Shown here: positions 1-11,500 of the stretch, piece by piece
How the letters are laid out: each line of letters begins with the position of its first letter
Position numbering within the stretch: position 1 is the first letter of the stretch
Source: Verrucomicrobiia bacterium
GTDB taxonomy: Bacteria > Verrucomicrobiota > Verrucomicrobiia > Limisphaerales > UBA1319
Direction of reading: 5' to 3'
Assembly (NCBI GenBank): GCA_963664225.1
Contig: OY760937.1
Location: 64,001-128,000 of the forward strand
Length of the DNA: 64,000 bases
The notes under the pieces: model-generated
Database searches by the model: none
What the model was told of the DNA's origin: nothing
The model's input: the letters and a program-made list of their open reading frames with translations, nothing else
Program-made: the position numbers and the translations under genes

Positions 1-1
1 C

Positions 2-142
2 GCGAAGATCATCGATCCGGCTGGAAATCGGGTTCACTCGGAGGACAATCTTCCTTATGATCCGAGCACTCTGCCTGTGCAGAGGCCGATGCCGCTGGCG
101 TCGGATGCCGCCAAAGCGGCCAGCCCGGAAGTGAAGAAGTAG
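2..142 (+). CDS. C-terminal fragment of a probable type II secretion/type IV pilus secretin (GspD/PilQ-like); gene begins upstream of the window
   Basis: Open frame from the window edge: AKIIDPAGNRVHSEDNLPYDP...KK* (TAG 140-142). IIDPAGNRVH resembles the C-terminus of verrucomicrobial secretins as I recall it; only 46 codons are visible. Confidence 0.45.
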   Translation, partial: AKIIDPAGNRVHSEDNLPYDPSTLPVQRPMPLASDAAKAASPEVKK

Positions 143-284
143 CAACGGGCCGGGAGACCGGCTTTGGACCACGCGGCCTCTGAATAAGTGGTTGCGTGGT
201 TTTGTGAGTGGTTGGGCTGCATATTGCAAGAAAGTCATGGTGGAATGGATGAGTGCGGACCAATCCATGACGGGCCGGACCCGG

Positions 285-1178
285 ATGGCTGGACGGCTGG
301 TTTTGGTGGACGGACACGCCTATGCCTACCGGGCATTCCACGCAATACGCAGTCTGAGTTCGCCGCAAGGCGAGCCAACAAACGCGATCTTTGGCTTTAT
401 CAAGATGGTCGAGCGGCTTCAAGAACTCTGGAAGCCGACCCATCTGGCCGTGGTCTGGGACGGCGGTCTGGCGGCGGAGCGGGTGGCGGAACTGCCCGGT
501 TACAAGGCTCAAAGGCCTCCGATGCCAGAGAGTCTGGGGCGGCAAATCGAGGCGATCATGGAATGGTTGAAGGCCTCGGGACTGCGGTCGCTCTGCAGCA
601 CGGGTGTGGAAGCCGACGACTGGATTGCAACCCTGGCGCGACAGTTGGCGCCGGAAATCGGCCAGGTGCTGGTCGCCAGCTCGGATAAGGATTTCATGCA
701 GTTGGTCGGCGAACGGATCGGGTTGGTGAATCCGTCGGAATCGGCGGCCAGGATTTGGACTGCGGACGAAGTGACAGCCAAGACCGGCGTGAAGCCGGGG
801 CAGGTGGTTGATTGGCTGAGTCTGGTTGGGGATGCAGTGGATAATATCGCGGGTGTTCCGGGCATCGGACCCAAACGGGCGGCGGAGTTGCTGGGGAAGT
901 TTGGCAGTGTCGATGGGATTTTTGAGGGTTTGGAACGCGTGGAAACCGCGCGAGTGCGTGAAATTCTTCGGAGTTCGCAGGCTGTGGTTCGGCGAAATCA
1001 GCGCCTGATCGGGTTGAGGGACGCCGGAGAACAGGTCGCAGGACCGGATCTGCAAGTGGGCGCCAGGGATTGCGGAGCCCTTGGCCGGTTATATGAGCGC
1101 TGGGGTTTTCGCAGTTTGTTGGAAGGCTTAAAGAGGCCCGAGTGGCTCCAGGGTGATTTATTTGGGAAGACCGCATGA
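285..1178 (+). CDS. Stand-alone 5'-3' exonuclease / flap endonuclease (PolA N-terminal domain homologue)
   Basis: LVLVDGHAYAYRAF, PTNAIFGF, YKAQR, EADD, SSDKD and GDAVDNIAGVPGIGPK (H3TH) motifs; no polymerase domain. Start placed at ATG 285 within ORF 192-1178. Confidence 0.9.
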   Translation: MAGRLVLVDGHAYAYRAFHAIRSLSSPQGEPTNAIFGFIKMVERLQELWKPTHLAVVWDGGLAAERVAELPGYKAQRPPMPESLGRQIEAIMEWLKASGLRSLCSTGVEADDWIATLARQLAPEIGQVLVASSDKDFMQLVGERIGLVNPSESAARIWTADEVTAKTGVKPGQVVDWLSLVGDAVDNIAGVPGIGPKRAAELLGKFGSVDGIFEGLERVETARVREILRSSQAVVRRNQRLIGLRDAGEQVAGPDLQVGARDCGALGRLYERWGFRSLLEGLKRPEWLQGDLFGKTA

Positions 1179-1301
1179 ATAATCGGCGGAAAAGACGGGA
1201 GCGTTGAGCGGTGGAAATCCGTCCAACCAAAGTGGCTCGCTGTCAGTGGTGTTTGAGAATTGGACAAGAAAATGCTGCTATCATGGCAGCCCAATAACTA
1301 T

Positions 1302-3275
1302 ATGTCGTTGATTTTGCGTTTTTGGAATAAGTTCGCGATCGGTTTTGCGATGCTGGCCGCGCCATGGGCCATGCAGGCCCAGACGGCGGTCACTCCGGAG
1401 AGCTTTGAGTTTCCAGTCACCGCGCCGATGCGTGGGGATCAAGTACATCCGCAGGTTGCCTTGCGTTCGGGTGGCGGCTTGATGGTCTGGCAGGATAACG
1501 CCACGGATGGCGACGGCATGGGTATCAGCGCCCAGGTATTGGATGCGAATTTCTATCCTTCGATGAGCGCATTCCGGATTAATGTGGAAGGTGCTGGAGA
1601 TCAGGAGAATCCGCAGATTGCATTACTCAAGAATGGCGGGGCCGTGGTGGTCTGGCAAGGGGGCGAGGTTGGGTCGCAGCATATTTTTGCCCGTTTTCTA
1701 ACCGCCGCGAATACGTTCGCCACCGGCGATATAGCCGTAAGTTCCTATGCGGATGGCCCCCAGGTGGATCCGCAGGTGGTGGTCCTGGCCGACGGGAGCG
1801 TTCTGGTCAGCTACAGCAGCTATGGACAGGACGGGAACATGAGCGGCGTTTTTGCCCAACGGCTCTCCGCTGCGGGTGTGAAACTGGGTTCTGAGTTCCA
1901 GGTCAATCAGTTTACCAATTTCAACCAACGGACCCCGGCCGCCACGGTTCTTGCCAACGGAAGCTACGTTTTTGCATGGATCTCAGAACAACAACGTTCG
2001 ACTTATGGCGTCGGAAACGACGGATCGAATTTGAAGTGGTTGATGGAGGGGCAGCAGGTGGGCGGCAGTGTCGATCTTTACGCGCGGTTGTTCGATTCCA
2101 ACAATGTGGCTTTGGGGAACGAAATTATGGTGAACACGACCAACAAGGTTTGCGCGAATCCCGCTCTGACGGCAACCGGAAACGGTGGGTTCGTGGTGGC
2201 CTGGAGTCAGGACAACGGACGGTCGATGCTCAATGGAGTCGTTCAGACGAACGGCTGGGATGTGGTGGCCCGCGTTTATGACGGGCAGGGCAAGGCCGTT
2301 ACGCAGGATCTGAGTGTTAACACGGTTAAATATGGCGAACAATACGCGCCCAGGATTCAGGCGCGTGGCAATGATTGCCTGGTGGTCTGGACGAGTTTGG
2401 GCCAGGACGGTTCCTGGGAGGGGGTTTACGGACGCGGTTTGAGCGCGAGCGGGACGTTTACGACCGGCGAGTTTCTGGTGAATACCACCACCATAAGCCA
2501 GCAGATTCATCCAGCGGTGGCGACGGACGGCGGAAGCCGGTTCCTGGTGGTGTGGAGCAGCTTTATTGGTGGGTCATCGAGCTTCGATCTGTTCGGCCAG
2601 CGTTATTACGCCGGGGATGGGGTGCAACCCTTGGCCAAGCCCAGCGCGCCGATGGTTTCGGCGTTAAGCCAGGGTCGGCTGAGTGTGGCCTGGCCCGCAG
2701 TGGGAGGGGCCGTGGTGAGCCGCTATGTGGTGTTCATGGACGACAGTTCCACGGGAGCCACGGTTACGAATAATTTCTACCAGGCCACAGGTCTGGCCGC
2801 GAGCACGTCGCATAGTTTTCGTGTGCAGTATGTCCTGGCGGATGAGCAGGTCTCGCCGTTGTCTGACGCGGGGACGGGGGTGACCTGGGGCGAGGATTTG
2901 AACGGCTTCGGCGGCATTCCGGATGGCTTGCCGGACGACTGGGAGGCGAAATTGTGGGGGCCGAAGTCAAGCAGTTGGCCGGGCGCCAATGTGGATAGCG
3001 ATCAGGACGGCATGACCAATTATGAGGAATTTCTGGCGGGAACCGATCCAAAGGATGCGTCGAGCGTGCTCAAGTCGAAACTGACGTCTGATCCTCTGGG
3101 CTGGCGGTTGAGTTGGAACACCCAACAGGGCTTTATTTACCAAATCCAGAGTTCAGTGGATCTGCTGGAGTGGAGCAATGCGGGATCGCCCCGGTATGCG
3201 GCGGGGACCAACGATTCCACGCTTGTGAATATGAACAATGGGACGGCTTATTTCCGAATCGTCCGAGTGCGTTAA
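1302..3275 (+). CDS. Secreted protein with beta-propeller-like repeats, FN3 domain, TSP3-like Ca-binding motif and conserved C-terminal domain
   Basis: Signal peptide ending AMQA; repeated EFxVN..Q..PxVA..GxFxVVWxSxGQDG units; FN3-like LSVAWP...Y...GLAASTSHSFRV; DSDQDGMTNYEEFLAGTDP; ends YQIQSSVDLLEW...YFRIVR. Confidence 0.8.
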   Translation: MSLILRFWNKFAIGFAMLAAPWAMQAQTAVTPESFEFPVTAPMRGDQVHPQVALRSGGGLMVWQDNATDGDGMGISAQVLDANFYPSMSAFRINVEGAGDQENPQIALLKNGGAVVVWQGGEVGSQHIFARFLTAANTFATGDIAVSSYADGPQVDPQVVVLADGSVLVSYSSYGQDGNMSGVFAQRLSAAGVKLGSEFQVNQFTNFNQRTPAATVLANGSYVFAWISEQQRSTYGVGNDGSNLKWLMEGQQVGGSVDLYARLFDSNNVALGNEIMVNTTNKVCANPALTATGNGGFVVAWSQDNGRSMLNGVVQTNGWDVVARVYDGQGKAVTQDLSVNTVKYGEQYAPRIQARGNDCLVVWTSLGQDGSWEGVYGRGLSASGTFTTGEFLVNTTTISQQIHPAVATDGGSRFLVVWSSFIGGSSSFDLFGQRYYAGDGVQPLAKPSAPMVSALSQGRLSVAWPAVGGAVVSRYVVFMDDSSTGATVTNNFYQATGLAASTSHSFRVQYVLADEQVSPLSDAGTGVTWGEDLNGFGGIPDGLPDDWEAKLWGPKSSSWPGANVDSDQDGMTNYEEFLAGTDPKDASSVLKSKLTSDPLGWRLSWNTQQGFIYQIQSSVDLLEWSNAGSPRYAAGTNDSTLVNMNNGTAYFRIVRVR

Positions 3276-3281
3276 TTGTAT

Positions 3282-5291
3282 ATGTTGCGAATACTGCGAT
3301 TGAGTTTGTTGCTGGCGCTGGTCTCACTGGCCGCGCCCAGGGCGTTCGCGTTTGCGTTTATTGGGCCTTTTGCCACCAATCAGAATGAACGGATTGGTTA
3401 TAACGTGCATGGATTTGACATCGGCGGTGTCATGCTGCGGGATGAAGGTTACCGGTGGAATGTGCCCATCATCACCTATGCTTTTGACGCATCGTTTATT
3501 CAATATTTTGGATCCAACGGAGTGCGCGCGGTGACGCTGGCGATGGAATCCTTCAACAAATACACGACAAATCTTGATAAGATGACCGATGCGGATTTGA
3601 AGAAGGTGTCCTTGGATACGACCCGCATCAATTATCAGGCGCAGGCATTGGGAGTTGACGATCTCAAGACGCACGTCATGGGTTATCTGACGGAGGAATT
3701 GGGGCTGGCCTCGCCGGATCGATATGTGTGGTGCTTGAGAAACCGTCAGACATTTTCAAATCCCGACTATACGAACTATGTTGTGATTCAGCGGAATTTT
3801 GATCCCATCACATTGAATCCATCGAGCTACGTCAATGGGACACTCTATACTTACACCATTTATGACCGGCTGTTGATTAATCCAGATGTGGCAGACGCCT
3901 TGGAAGTTCCAGTGGATCCGTTGCGGCGGGAAACCGCTGTTGCCTCCGCCATTGACAATATTGTAACGGTTGGCTCCCAACAGCCAGGACGTTTCTTCAC
4001 CGGATTGACCCGTGACGACGTGGGTGGCCTGCGTTTCCTAATTGGGCCAAGCACCTTGCGTCAAGAGACGTTGCCCAATTCGGGCACGATAACCGCCGAC
4101 CTGGCGGTGACCAATTTGCAGGCCTTGCAGTTGATTACGACGTCCAACATTGTGGATCTGGTGAGCAACACCTGGCATACGACCAATACGCCGGCGCAGG
4201 TGCTTGCGATTTATCCCAACTTGAATTTGACCAGCACCAATACCTATCTGACCAACATGCCAGTGACGAATGTGGTCTTTTACTACACTAACTTCCCTTG
4301 GACGCCGATTGATCAGCCCCCGGTGCTGACTTCGAATGTGTGGTTGACGTACATCCCGACGATTGCGTTCGATTATGGTTTCGATAATGTGGTCACCAAT
4401 CACTATTCCCCATTCTCATTGGTCGCCCTTCGATCAACAGTAGTGGGTTTTGCCCCCTGGACGCCTGTCGGGACCATTTCCACCAATGTAAGTTCGCGAT
4501 ACTATATGACCAACGTGGGATCGGGCGATTTCTATATCATTCCACCAACCAATCAGGGTTTCGTTTTGGTCACCAACATGCTGACGATGGTGAGCACCAA
4601 TACCAACACATTGAGCCTGATCACGAATTTCGTGACCAATGCGTTCAACACCAACGTGGTATCGACAAACACGGCGGGAGCGAGCAACACATTTTTGGTC
4701 AGCACCCAGTTGGATTTGGTCACCTTCTTCACAAACTCGACTTTTGCAATGTATCCCATTGAATGGCGCAACGACACGAACACGGCGGGGTTGCGGCCTG
4801 GTGTGGGTCACATTGAGTTCAAGCGGGTCGATTTCGATTCGGTCATCGGCCAGGTCTTTACGCCGATCACGAACTTCTTTACGGACACGGTCATTACCAA
4901 CGGAATTAAAATCAAGCGGACTGTGCGGCTGCGGGCCACCGCGCCGGATATTTTGTTTGTGGCGGAGGATCTGGGTTTGACGACGGGCGGATATCCCGTG
5001 ATTTCCGCGCGCACCGACACCGGAGCCTGGCAGAATAACACCGCATTGAACCGCGCCGGGTCCGGAGCCGGGCCCGGGAACATATTTGGTCCGGTCACAC
5101 TACGGTTTTCCAATATTGGAGCATGGCAACTTAATGAGACGCCGTCGTTCCTGACTGAGGCGTCGAGTTTTCGAGGATTTGCCTGGGGATCATTTGACGG
5201 ATCGACGAACGCTCCAGTGGTCTATCCGGACGACGGCAAGCAGACATTGGATTATCTGGAACGGATCATTCTCCAGTCGGGTGGGAAATAG
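3282..5291 (+). CDS. Secreted Thr/Asn-rich protein with a degenerate matrixin-like (metzincin-fold) N-terminal domain
   Basis: Signal peptide ending AFA; RWNVPIITYAF and LTRDDVGGLRFL resemble M10 flanking motifs, but no HExxH is present; TN-rich central region. Confidence 0.7.
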   Translation: MLRILRLSLLLALVSLAAPRAFAFAFIGPFATNQNERIGYNVHGFDIGGVMLRDEGYRWNVPIITYAFDASFIQYFGSNGVRAVTLAMESFNKYTTNLDKMTDADLKKVSLDTTRINYQAQALGVDDLKTHVMGYLTEELGLASPDRYVWCLRNRQTFSNPDYTNYVVIQRNFDPITLNPSSYVNGTLYTYTIYDRLLINPDVADALEVPVDPLRRETAVASAIDNIVTVGSQQPGRFFTGLTRDDVGGLRFLIGPSTLRQETLPNSGTITADLAVTNLQALQLITTSNIVDLVSNTWHTTNTPAQVLAIYPNLNLTSTNTYLTNMPVTNVVFYYTNFPWTPIDQPPVLTSNVWLTYIPTIAFDYGFDNVVTNHYSPFSLVALRSTVVGFAPWTPVGTISTNVSSRYYMTNVGSGDFYIIPPTNQGFVLVTNMLTMVSTNTNTLSLITNFVTNAFNTNVVSTNTAGASNTFLVSTQLDLVTFFTNSTFAMYPIEWRNDTNTAGLRPGVGHIEFKRVDFDSVIGQVFTPITNFFTDTVITNGIKIKRTVRLRATAPDILFVAEDLGLTTGGYPVISARTDTGAWQNNTALNRAGSGAGPGNIFGPVTLRFSNIGAWQLNETPSFLTEASSFRGFAWGSFDGSTNAPVVYPDDGKQTLDYLERIILQSGGK

Positions 5292-5330
5292 GGCCAGTAA
5301 AGCAGCGTGGCGAAAAAGATTTATTTGGAT

Positions 5331-8300
5331 ATGAAGCGATTTTTATTGGCGGTGATGTTGGGCGCGCTGTGTGGTGCGACAGCGGTGCGGGCGACGGACC
5401 CAATTTACGCGAACTACGGGTTGGTGACCACGCCGCCGCAAATCGATGCGACGATCTTTTTGAACGCCGGTCAGCTCGATTTCAGCACGGCCAGCAGTGG
5501 CATTGGGTTGGGCGCGAGTGTGCCCTTTGACACGCAGTACACCCTGTATTACACCAACCGAGGTTTGATGAATTCGCCCTTCGGATGGCGCTTCGATTAT
5601 GTCACGGAGGAAGAAAGAATGCCTGCGGAGACGTTTGTCAATGAACAGACGATCATCGCGCAGGATGCGACCACTATAAGCATTGGCAGCCGGTCGTCGG
5701 GCACGTATGGATTGTCGGGATCGTCCTACATGTCCATTTCCGCCACGAACATCTTCAGCTCGGGTCTGATGGCTGCCGGATCAGGAGGACTGGTAAAGAT
5801 CGAAGGCCAGAATGTCGATATGAGCAACTCGGGCACGAGCGCGAGTGACGCTTCATTAAGCGGCATGGGCTATCTCTACTCCACCGTGTTCAGCCGCGGA
5901 TTGGAAGGGGATACCAATTACTTGAATCCTTCCCAGGTGATGGATTTGTTTTGGGGCATCGGGGTGAATCAGGTGGTTGGGGGAGATGGCCAGGTTCTGC
6001 AGGTCGCAGGGGGAGTATTCGGGCCCACATCGGCTTCGTCACCGGTTTTTCAAGCGTTTGATACCAGCGGCTACACCAACTCATTGTCATTGCCGGCGAC
6101 CTCATTCTTTTTATCCACAAACAACACCGGGACGAACGCCTTGGGGACCAACTACCAAAGCACTAATTATTTGGGGATGAACCTCTACTATCTCCAATCC
6201 CCTCAGATGGCTTTCTTCTACACCAATCAAACGGCGGGTGGCGGCGGCTGGGTTGAGGGTGTTTACGTGACTAGCAACGTTTTTGACACCAACATCAATA
6301 TTCAGGTCAGGTTCCTTCCGCTATCCACCGGCACCAATGGTGGGAGCCAGGCTCTGATCGAGTTCACATCCCTTGAGGACGATGTGATTTCCGGGACCCG
6401 ATATACGAACTATTTGTATCTGCTGGATCGATCGATGCTGCAAACAAACAGCACGTTAAAGGAGAATTATGTGAGCACGGCGTTCAGGCCGTCCGCTTTC
6501 CAGATCACGCGTGCAACTCCTTTCAATTGGTATGTGGCGGTGCCCTCCAATACGGCCTATTCGCCGCTGTTATTCGACAATCCAAGCTACGTAACTTCGG
6601 TGGTGACCAACTCCTACTCGGCGTACTCCATTCAACTCGGTGAGAACGCAGTGGTTCAGAATAATGCGAATCAGGGGTCGTTGAATTTTAGTTACTATGG
6701 CTACTATAGCAATCCATCGCTGACGGATCCCACGAATTACTCCGGGCGTGTGGAATTGTTGGGACTGGATGCCGAGGCCGATCCATTGAGCGATCAATTG
6801 AATCTGCGCAACGCCCGCATTCGCAGCGATGGTTTGCTGACCATCAAGACCAAGAATCTGGTATCCACAGAGGGAACTTTGATCGACGCACCGTTGATCA
6901 CCGTCGATTTGGGCAGCCCCAATCAAACGCTCGTTGTGAGTAATTTGTTCGCGACGAGTGTGAATCGCATGAAGGGGACCCTGTCGGTGTATAGCGCTCA
7001 GTGGACAAATCAGATTTCCTCCATTTCCGTGAGCAATGCGCCGGGAGGAACGGGAACGACCGTGACCACAAATATGGTCGATGTGAAGTTTCACGTCATG
7101 ATCGTCGATCACACCTTGACGTCCAAGCAGGCGGTCGTGGCCAATGACGTGTCATTGCGCGCCAACAACATGATTGTGGCGGATGACCTTAATATACAGC
7201 GGAACCTGTATGTGGACGGCAACAGCCTGACACTGGATGGAACATTTGCGGTTCAGAACGGGATCGGCGCCACAAACATGCCGACTTTGATGAATTTCAC
7301 CAACAACGGGACCATGATGGTGCCGCTGCATTTTGTTGTCGGCGCGGATCGCGGCACTCCTTTCAATAGCGTTGTCAATCACGGAACCCTGACTGCGGGC
7401 GGTTATCAGGCGCGTGCCGGAACATGGATCGCGGAATCCACAAACACGATCTCCTACGGAGGATTGTACACCTCAACCAATGTCACGGCGACCAACCTGA
7501 GCTATGTCTCCGCCTACAGCGGGGCGGTGAAAGTGGAGGCCGGTTCCGCAATCATTAATAATGCGGCGGTGGTCGCGCAAACAGATGTGTCCATAGGCGC
7601 GAACGATTTCTATGCCGCGAATTCCGTGATCTCGGCGGGCAGCAAGGTCACAGCGGGGGCGGGCGCGGAAGTGGTGTTGGCGGGTGTGCTATCGATCAAC
7701 GCGACCAACAGTGTTTATGACGGCGGTCTGGCCGCCTCGAACTACTGGCGTGTGATCGGGAGCGCGCAGATGCTGACCAGGCCCGCGTATGGGGATTTGC
7801 TGGGCACGACCATTGAGACCATCGCGCCGAAACTTTCCGTGGTCAAACATGTGTGGGCGGGCGAGAACCGGGGAGCTTCAACGGCGGGCTTCACGAATAA
7901 CGGCGCCTTGGGCACGATGATACTGGATGCCAGCATTGGAAGTCATATCCGGTTCCTGGGAAATGGAACGAACAAGGCGCTCTATGTGGACTATCTCGAG
8001 TTCCGCAATTACGCGACGAATTTCGCCAGCGTGCTGGATGTCGATCCGAGCATCACGGTCTATTTTGCCAATGCGAACCTGCCGGTGAAAAAGCTCGACG
8101 GCAAATTCAACGGGCATCTCCGATGGGTCAATCAGTTTGCGGGCCCGTTTAGCGGCACGGATTGGGTTTCGCCCATCACCGGGACCACCTACCGCGTGAA
8201 CACCGCGTTGCTCAACAGCACGGAGATCGATAGCGACGCGGACGGCGTGGTGAACGCCCTGGACTCGACGCCGTTTTATCTGGGTGAAAACATGGCTCTG

Positions 8301-8537
8301 AGCCTGGCCGCCGGAAGCAGCGGTTCCAAGGGTTTGACGATCACCTGGAATGCCCTTGCCAATGCGACCAATTACATCGATTTTGCCACCAATTACACGG
8401 CTGCGAACCTCAATGCTCTGGATTGGCAGGTTTTCACGAATTTCGTTCAGGGACCGTTGACGGAAACCGTCACGGTGAAACTGCCCGTGGAATCCGGGGA
8501 TCTGCGGCTCTATCGGGTGCGGGTCGTGGCTCCTTGA
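5331..8537 (+). CDS. Large secreted beta-rich protein with TSP3-like motif and C-terminal domain
   Basis: Signal peptide MKRFLLAVMLGALCGATAVRA; G/N/T/S-rich; DSDADGVVNALD; ends W...LRLYRVRV. Confidence 0.75.
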   Translation: MKRFLLAVMLGALCGATAVRATDPIYANYGLVTTPPQIDATIFLNAGQLDFSTASSGIGLGASVPFDTQYTLYYTNRGLMNSPFGWRFDYVTEEERMPAETFVNEQTIIAQDATTISIGSRSSGTYGLSGSSYMSISATNIFSSGLMAAGSGGLVKIEGQNVDMSNSGTSASDASLSGMGYLYSTVFSRGLEGDTNYLNPSQVMDLFWGIGVNQVVGGDGQVLQVAGGVFGPTSASSPVFQAFDTSGYTNSLSLPATSFFLSTNNTGTNALGTNYQSTNYLGMNLYYLQSPQMAFFYTNQTAGGGGWVEGVYVTSNVFDTNINIQVRFLPLSTGTNGGSQALIEFTSLEDDVISGTRYTNYLYLLDRSMLQTNSTLKENYVSTAFRPSAFQITRATPFNWYVAVPSNTAYSPLLFDNPSYVTSVVTNSYSAYSIQLGENAVVQNNANQGSLNFSYYGYYSNPSLTDPTNYSGRVELLGLDAEADPLSDQLNLRNARIRSDGLLTIKTKNLVSTEGTLIDAPLITVDLGSPNQTLVVSNLFATSVNRMKGTLSVYSAQWTNQISSISVSNAPGGTGTTVTTNMVDVKFHVMIVDHTLTSKQAVVANDVSLRANNMIVADDLNIQRNLYVDGNSLTLDGTFAVQNGIGATNMPTLMNFTNNGTMMVPLHFVVGADRGTPFNSVVNHGTLTAGGYQARAGTWIAESTNTISYGGLYTSTNVTATNLSYVSAYSGAVKVEAGSAIINNAAVVAQTDVSIGANDFYAANSVISAGSKVTAGAGAEVVLAGVLSINATNSVYDGGLAASNYWRVIGSAQMLTRPAYGDLLGTTIETIAPKLSVVKHVWAGENRGASTAGFTNNGALGTMILDASIGSHIRFLGNGTNKALYVDYLEFRNYATNFASVLDVDPSITVYFANANLPVKKLDGKFNGHLRWVNQFAGPFSGTDWVSPITGTTYRVNTALLNSTEIDSDADGVVNALDSTPFYLGENMALSLAAGSSGSKGLTITWNALANATNYIDFATNYTAANLNALDWQVFTNFVQGPLTETVTVKLPVESGDLRLYRVRVVAP

Positions 8538-8592
8538 TGGCTTGGTTGGAAGTAATGGGGTGGTTTGTTTGAATACAGACGTTGGAGATTTT

Positions 8593-11500
8593 ATGCGCAA
8601 AGTTTTGTCAAATCTGGTGCGGAAATGGTGGAATAAGAACGCGATGGCAGGCATCGCTCTGGGCATGGCATTGGTGTGCGGTCAAAACGCCCTTGCACAA
8701 ACCAATACCAACACCACCAACAACGCCAGCATGGCGGGCACTTTGCAATTTGCCGCAGCGGAATATTTTACAAGCGAGAGCTCAACGGCCACGGCCGGGG
8801 GACTCAATTATCCGGGCGCCTGGATTACGGTGGCCCGGACCGGTGCTTTTACAGGCCGCATTTTGGTGGACTGGATGACGACCACCAACGGGGCTACTGC
8901 AAAGGCCGGCACGGATTACACGGCTTCCACTGGAACCCTCGTGTTCGACAACGGACAAAGCTCCGCATTTTTTGTTGTTCCGATCACAGATAATACGGGC
9001 ACCTCCAACAAGGTGTCGTTATCCTCACTTGTGCCGGATCTGAGTTTCAGTGTCATGCTGACCAATGCGCGGCCTGCAGCGGTGGAAGATAGTTCACTTG
9101 TGCCTGCGATCGGGAGCCAGTCCACCGCCAAGGTGAGCATCCAGGATGACGATTACAGTTTCAATATTCAGCGCAGCGATTATCACGTGAGCGAGTCGGA
9201 CGGAACGGTGACTGTCACAGTGACGTTGCCGCCGGGAATGGAGGCGGGCACTGTCGATTACCAAACGGCGAGCTCGGGATTCAATCCGCAGCCCGGATCG
9301 GCGGTTGCGATTGCGGGTGTGGATTATGAAAGCACCAGCGGGACATTGGATTTTGCGGCCGGGGATACCCAGAAGACGATCACGTTAACCATATTGCAGA
9401 ATGACCAGGCACAATTTAATCGTGATTTTGTAATCAGGCTTACCAATCCGTCGATTCAAATCTCGTCTCCCGTTACGAATATCACCGTGGTGACCAATGA
9501 AGATGGCACTAAATCGACGAATTCTGAAGTTGCAGATGTGCAAACAAACCTCCCGATGGGTCGGATTTCCCAGGCCATCGTCACGATTTACAATGATGAT
9601 CCCCCCGCTGGCGCGGTGGATCCCAGCTTTCTGGCCAGCTCCTCAAAAAACACGGAACCCCCCTACAATCCCTTGCCGGGCGCGAACAGCACCGTCAATG
9701 CAATGGCGATTCAGAATGGCAAGGTCATCGTGGGTGGTGATTTCACCACATTCAACGCCCTATCCAAGGGCAGAATTGCCCGACTGGATGGCGTGACTGG
9801 TGAACTGGATCCCACATTCGATGCGGGCACCGGGATGGATGGATCTGTGGGCGCGCTGGCCGTAAGACCGGATGGAAGAATCGCGGTGGGCGGGGCGTTC
9901 ACATCCATCAGCGGTATTTCCCGTTATTCACTGGCCCGATTGCTTCCTGATGGGGGAATCGATGCGGCCTTTAATCCGGGCACATCGATTAACGGCGCGG
10001 TCAGGGATCTGGCTTTCACGCCCAATGGCACCAGACTTTTGATCGCCGGGGATTTTACGCTGGTTCAAGGACGCAATCGCAATGGCGTGGCCAGGCTTCT
10101 TGACGATGGTTCCGTCGATAACACATTCGATCCGGGATTGGGGGCCAATGGCCCGGTATATGCGGTGTTGCAGCAGCCTGACGGGAAAATCCTCATCGGC
10201 GGCGATTTCACATCGGTGGGAGGGCAGAACTTCGATTCCATTGCCCGTTTGAATGCCGATGGCTCGCTGGATACAAGTTTTGTAGGGACCACTGTGGACG
10301 GCGCCGTTTACTCGCTGGATCAGCGCAGGCAGGCGACCGCGGCCTTCTCGGGAACCTTCAACGAGAACATTACAGGAGATGTCACCAACACCGTTTCCCT
10401 TGGAGTGGGGCAGGGGACCATCAGCCTGAACTACGCGTTTGGCGCGATGACCAATGACACGGTGCTGAGCAATACGTTGTCCATCTATTACCAGGGCAAT
10501 TTGGTGACGCAACGCATTCTGAACGCAACGACGACGAACGATGTCATCGGGTCCCTGAATGTTTCCTTCGGCCCGGGCGCTTCCGGCAGTTTCGATGTCG
10601 TTGTCAGCGCGCAGAGCGTTCCGTGGTTTTACACAGGAACTGCGGTGAGCACCAGCGGGGACGTTGGGCGCATCGTGATCGGCGGGTCTTTCACATCCGT
10701 CAACCTGGCCAGTCGCAGCGGTCTCGCCCAATTAAATTCCGATGGAACATTGGACACGACTTTCGATCCAGGAACGGCGGCGGAGGATGGACCGGTCTAT
10801 TCGGTTCAGATTGGCTCGGATGGCAAGGTGTATGCGGCTGGCGCGTTCACGACATTCAACGGCACACAACGCTCCGGCATAGCCCGCACGCTTTCAAACG
10901 GTTTCCTGGATACGTCGTTCATGGATACCGCCTTCAACCAGTATGCGGGATTGGCCAGCGTCACATCCGTGGATCCGCGTCCGTTCATTAATGCGATCCA
11001 ATTAAACAATAATGGGGATGTGTTGATCGGCGGCTTCTTCTCCTGGGTGGGCGGCAATTATTCGCAGGATTACTACAACGACACCTCCCTGTATGGAGTG
11101 ACGGCGCCCGGTTATGATTTTCATCCTGATCGCAGCACGAAGGTGGCTCGCAATAATTTCGCAAGGCTCAAAGGCGGTTCCACTCCGGGGCCTGGAAATC
11201 TGCAGTTCGATCGCGAAAATTATTTTGTGGATGAAAACGGCGGTTCCGTGAGCATCACCGCGCAGCGGTTAAACGGGACGATGGGGAGTGTCTCGCTGTT
11301 TTTAACCACCAGGGATGGAACCGCTCTTGCGGGTGAGGATTACAAAGCGGTTACCAACCAGACCATGAATTGGGCCGATCAGAGCGTGAGGAATGGGTTG
11401 CTGCAAATTTCCATTTTCAACGATCACAAGGCGGAAGGGGATCAATCCTTCAAATTGGTCGCCAGCGTGCCGCGCTTGAGCTACATGAACTTGGGAGGGG

